In this document: piece by piece, positions 39,701-42,515 of the stretch
How the letters are laid out: the number at the start of each line of letters is the position of its first letter
Numbering within the stretch: position 1 is the first letter of the stretch
NCBI GenBank assembly: GCA_964619725.1
Contig: CAZUFC010000040.1
Span: 1 to 42,515, forward strand
Direction: 5' to 3'
Length of the DNA stretch: 42,515 nt
Origin: an uncultured bacterium
GTDB lineage: Bacteria; CSSED10-310; CAZUFC01
Position numbers and translations under genes: made by a program
Notes under the pieces: generated by a model
What the model was told of the DNA's origin: nothing
What the model saw: the letters and a program-made list of their open reading frames with translations, nothing else
The model's database searches: none

Positions 39701-41602
39701 GTTGAAGACGGCTTATTGACCATCGCCGCAGGCGCCAGATTATCCGTGAATGAAGGAGTTGTTATAAAACTTGAAGCGACATTTCCTCATACAGGAGCTA
39801 AAAATTCCATCATCGTGGAGGGTGAATTCAATTCTTTAGGAACAGCCTGGAATAAAGTCTACATGACTTCGGACAGAGACGATACCGTCGGCGGCGACTC
39901 CAACGGCGACGGCACGGGAACCAGCCCCGCTCCGGGTGACTGGGGATATCTCAAGATCAACAACGGCGACAATGCCCTGAGTCACCTGCACATTCGATAC
40001 GGCGGAGTAGGCAGAAGACAAAGCGCCAACAACAGGGACCTTTATATGGTCTGGATAAACGAAAAATCGATTTCCGTTTCACATTGTACGATCAGCGCCG
40101 CTTATGAAAACGGTCTTTATTACTTTGCCGACAATACCGATCATACGACAGTCAATCTCTACCACAATAAATTCCTGGACTCCCCTTACGCCGTCTACTT
40201 CAACGGCGCTCCGGATTTCGATACGACCGCTCAAATAACCTATAATTACTTCGAATCAGGACCCGGCAACATCAGTCTTTACATAACGGAAATCGCAGCT
40301 TCTTCGACGGTCAATTTTAACACTTTCGTAAACAGCGATTACGGAATATACGCAGAAGGCGCTCTGGGCGCTTTCCATTTCGATCACTGCAACATTGACG
40401 GCAATGCAGTCTATGGAGCCCGGAACGGCCAGGCCCCCTGCATCGTCGGCGATTACTGCTGGTGGGGAGCTCCAACTGGTCCTTTCGATGATGAAACCGG
40501 CGCAGGAGCTTGCGATAATACAAACAGCGGAGCGGGCGATGAGGTCAGCGAATTCGTGGATTATCATGATTGGGTATCAACGCCGATTCCCATCGGATTG
40601 CTGGATTGCTCCGATATGACTGAAATTCCATGCAACAGCGGATTGACGGGGCAAACCAATAACAATGGCGATGCCAACGTAGATACTTACGGCTGCCATA
40701 CCACCGATTACAGCGGAAAAGAAATGGTCTATTACGTCGATACGGCTTCAACCGGAAGCCTTGTCGCCCACGTCAATCCACTGTTCGGCACCGATCCAGA
40801 CGTGTTTATTTTGGATGCCTGCAGCGAGGAAAACTGCCTGGCCTACGGAGATTACGACGCTATCCTCGACAGCGTTGCGCCAGGAAGATATTATATCGTG
40901 GTGGATTGCGCTGAAGACCCTGCTTATTACGACTTATACGTCTATTGCGGCGGAGCCACTCCTACGCATACTGCTACGCCTTCACCCCTGCCGACTGATA
41001 CGCCCGTTCCTTCCCTCGATTGCTCCTCTCCCGTCCTCATTACTTGCGGAATTCCCTATGACGGAGACACCACAGGCGGAAACTCCAACGTTTCCACGTA
41101 CAACTGCGTAGGCTTCGACTTCTCAGGTCCTGAAGTCGTCCATCTCATTAATATCGGTTCAGACTATATGGAATTCATGTTCAGCTCCAGCGCAAGCCTT
41201 TCTGTCCTGGTGCTGGATGCCTGTAATGAAAATGCCTGCATCGCATGGGGCATGGGCATATTCACCGTCGATGACTTGACTCCAGGATTCTACTACATCG
41301 TCGTCGACGGCGTTTTCGGAGCTTCCGGGTCCTATAATTTAAGCATAGACTGCATCCCCGGCTCAGGAACACCCGTTCCTACAAATACACCGACATTTAC
41401 GCCTACAACCGGTTATACCAATACACCTACTGATACACCCGAAATCCCGACTTCAACACCCACTGATACGCCGACAGGCGCTTCACCTACCCCCACAATT
41501 CATGCAACGCCTGGACCCATACCGACCATGAGTCCCGTGGGAATTCTCATTCTGCTCGCCGGTTTCGGCATTGCTCTGACCCTTAAAAGCAAATTGACAT
41601 AA
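36782..41602 (+). CDS. Very large surface protein: four ~309-aa beta-helix repeats, two Cys-rich modules, Pro/Thr linker, IPTL-CTERM-like anchor
   Basis: GGAGGT RBS before ATG 36782 and a signal peptide (the ORF track starts earlier, at 36545). FTSD.DD...GDWGY...RYGG occurs four times. C-terminal IPTMSPVGILILLAGFGIALTLKSK. Confidence 0.88.
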   Translation: MRYPIAVICLLILSWTYLFSSSVEATTNVTGDITSNTHWTLSGSPYWVQAVVTIHSGVTLTIDPGVVVKMEKTNPHTDPKRQLIVEGTMSLPSSGNPVIFTSDQDDDADGVDVTGNGYTQGSPGDWGYIRYQASGNVLQNSEIRYGGIGRKQSGNPRDLYMVWVNGATVHVQDCEFAYAYDRALYYIAPAAASSPLIADNVFTDNPVGIYFESNSNFSAAPDIADNEVSASDLGLMVEGTSNLPPVADITGNLVTSPGGTGAGVHLIYPDASSTVANNTVTNLQYGLIVDNGSPSITGNAFTNNTEFPLSQLNTSFPAYSGNTISGNYKQAVRVKGSITSNGTWPVIEGLGLPYHVEDGSLTIEEGATLSVNAGVVVKFEPTWPHTGDKNSMHIYGTLSLPASGAKIVFTSDRDDTAGGDSNGDGAETAPAPGDWGYLRYYSANTLRNSEVRYGGMGRRQSANPRDLYMVWVDSAAVHIEDCDMSHAYETCVYYLALESGNTSPNIDNNNISECPYGIDMYASQNFQTNPNVTSCLFSCDTICFRLTGDEDIPPILTYTENTATSPEATGTGVYLIIPHASSVLSNNTFDGNQYGLTVDDGSPSVTDNAFQNQSEFPLTQIDTSFPVYSGNTFTANYKQAVRVYGTIRDNGVWPIIQGIGLPYHVEDDSITVENGVTLTVNAGVVVKFEKTNPHTGPKNSLHIYGTLALPASGNTVYFTSDKDDTVGGDSNGDGISTLPAPGDWGYIRFYSANVLRNSEIRYGGIGRRQSANPRDEYMIWVDDADVDIVDCAMNNAYETCLYYVAEQNAASSPELLNNDISDTPFGIHMITSVGFLTSPFMDQNNISSTEFGFKMEGDPEIPPLLTFSDNYLTSPEGTGAGVWLIYPDDGSTINNNTFYFNQYGLTIDNGSPTVSGNAFTENTEFPVSQINTCFPLYNGNFFTDNVKQAVRVNGTIEADGAWPDIQGLGLPYHVEDGLLTIAAGARLSVNEGVVIKLEATFPHTGAKNSIIVEGEFNSLGTAWNKVYMTSDRDDTVGGDSNGDGTGTSPAPGDWGYLKINNGDNALSHLHIRYGGVGRRQSANNRDLYMVWINEKSISVSHCTISAAYENGLYYFADNTDHTTVNLYHNKFLDSPYAVYFNGAPDFDTTAQITYNYFESGPGNISLYITEIAASSTVNFNTFVNSDYGIYAEGALGAFHFDHCNIDGNAVYGARNGQAPCIVGDYCWWGAPTGPFDDETGAGACDNTNSGAGDEVSEFVDYHDWVSTPIPIGLLDCSDMTEIPCNSGLTGQTNNNGDANVDTYGCHTTDYSGKEMVYYVDTASTGSLVAHVNPLFGTDPDVFILDACSEENCLAYGDYDAILDSVAPGRYYIVVDCAEDPAYYDLYVYCGGATPTHTATPSPLPTDTPVPSLDCSSPVLITCGIPYDGDTTGGNSNVSTYNCVGFDFSGPEVVHLINIGSDYMEFMFSSSASLSVLVLDACNENACIAWGMGIFTVDDLTPGFYYIVVDGVFGASGSYNLSIDCIPGSGTPVPTNTPTFTPTTGYTNTPTDTPEIPTSTPTDTPTGASPTPTIHATPGPIPTMSPVGILILLAGFGIALTLKSKLT

Positions 41603-41639
41603 ACTCGAACTCGTTGTTTGAATTAGTTCCAAAAAAATT

Positions 41640-41681
41640 AAAAGTTCCGGTCCTCACATTTCATGCAGGATCGGAACTTTT
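41640..41681. terminator. Bidirectional intrinsic terminator
   Basis: AAAAGTTCCGGTCCT / AGGATCGGAACTTTT flanked by A- and T-tracts, between convergent genes. Confidence 0.8.
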
Positions 41682-41698
41682 TATTTTTTTGCCTGCTC

Positions 41699-42358
41699 TC
41701 AATAAAACGCCCTGTCCCAGAACCCCTCCTCCAACTCCAGAGTTTCTCCATTCCAGCGCAATATTCCCCGCTGCTTTAAACGAAATATCAATCGCGACAG
41801 AGTTTCAGGATTAGCCCCGATAGAAGCTGCTATATCCTTCTTCGACAATTTAATCATGTATTTCTCAAGCCTGCCGTACCGTTCTTCCAGGAATTTGAAA
41901 AATCGGGTTTCAACATCATATGCCGTCAAATACAATATCCTTTCCGTCAAATAACGCTGCTTCCTCATCAATGCAGCAATGAATTCGTTACGGAAATTCC
42001 GGTCATCCAGCATGCTATGAAAAATTCCCTTTTCCAGGACGAACAATTCCGTTTCTGACGCCGTTTCCGCATTCACGGGATAAGTATCCTTCTCGAATAA
42101 TACGGTTTCCGCAAAAATTTCACCAGGTTTCACCAGCTTTACGGTGGTTTCCCGTGCATCCGCTGAAGTCTTGTATAGCCTGACGACACCTGAAATAAGT
42201 AGAAAAAATGTCGAACCCGGCTGACCCTCCAAAAAAATTATCCGGTTAGCCTTATACTTCTCCAGACGCCCATGACGAAATATTTCAGCCTGAACCCTTC
42301 TATCCAGATCGCCGAAAAAATCGCTGCCCGTAAAAATCTCAAGCAAATCCATAACCAT
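41699..42358 (-). CDS. Crp/Fnr family transcriptional regulator (no FNR Cys cluster; Dnr/HcpR-like)
   Basis: IFLEGQPG...SGVVRLYK...PGEIFAE; HTH KDIAASIGANPETLSR. Confidence 0.93.
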   Translation of the reverse strand: MVMDLLEIFTGSDFFGDLDRRVQAEIFRHGRLEKYKANRIIFLEGQPGSTFFLLISGVVRLYKTSADARETTVKLVKPGEIFAETVLFEKDTYPVNAETASETELFVLEKGIFHSMLDDRNFRNEFIAALMRKQRYLTERILYLTAYDVETRFFKFLEERYGRLEKYMIKLSKKDIAASIGANPETLSRLIFRLKQRGILRWNGETLELEEGFWDRAFY

Positions 42359-42463
42359 GCCGCCCCGTTCATCAAAATAAATAAACGAATCATCCAGAAA
42401 ACAAATCCATTATAACGAACAAAAATAAGAAGGTCACATGCCCCAAAAAAAAGGGCTGACAAT

Positions 42464-42480
42464 GGGGTCAGAGTCCTGCG
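42464..42480. repeat. REP-like element copy 3 (inverted)
   Basis: Reverse complement CGCAGGACTCTGACCCC matches copies 1 and 2 at 15/17. Confidence 0.5.
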
Positions 42481-42515
42481 AAAACCTTTGATGAAGCTGA
42501 AATCATTCGACTCTG

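Noticed and set aside
42488-42505. FNR/Dnr box upstream of the Crp/Fnr gene
   Set aside because: Only a TTGAT half-site; ATCAA is not present at the correct spacing.

Overview
Gene-dense bacterial chromosome segment from a diderm (it encodes a TonB-dependent receptor). The protein repertoire resembles uncultured candidate-phylum genomes; this is my inference and is not verified. I found no rRNA, tRNA, CRISPR array or transposase. Left half: 3' part of a collagen-like fibre gene, an ECF sigma factor with a putative anti-sigma, a DUF4388-HEAT repeat protein, a GT2 + GT-C-like glycosyltransferase pair, a highly divergent 1196-aa GlmS homologue translationally coupled to an RNA 2'-phosphotransferase (KptA/Tpt1), ndk, a membrane phosphodiesterase, a gluzincin, a methyltransferase, and a GNAT gene interrupted by an amber codon. 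Right half: mostly large secreted surface proteins. Four of them end in the same IPTL-CTERM-like sorting signal, and two others share an apparently unnamed ~110-120 aa domain at opposite termini. Best candidates for undescribed biology: (1) the giant GlmS-like/Tpt1 unit next to a lipid-linked glycosylation pair; (2) a surface-protein sorting and glycosylation system. Also seen: a dispersed REP-like repeat and a 5'-G-rich to 3'-C-rich gradient within genes. All calls come from motif recognition by eye; no searches were run.
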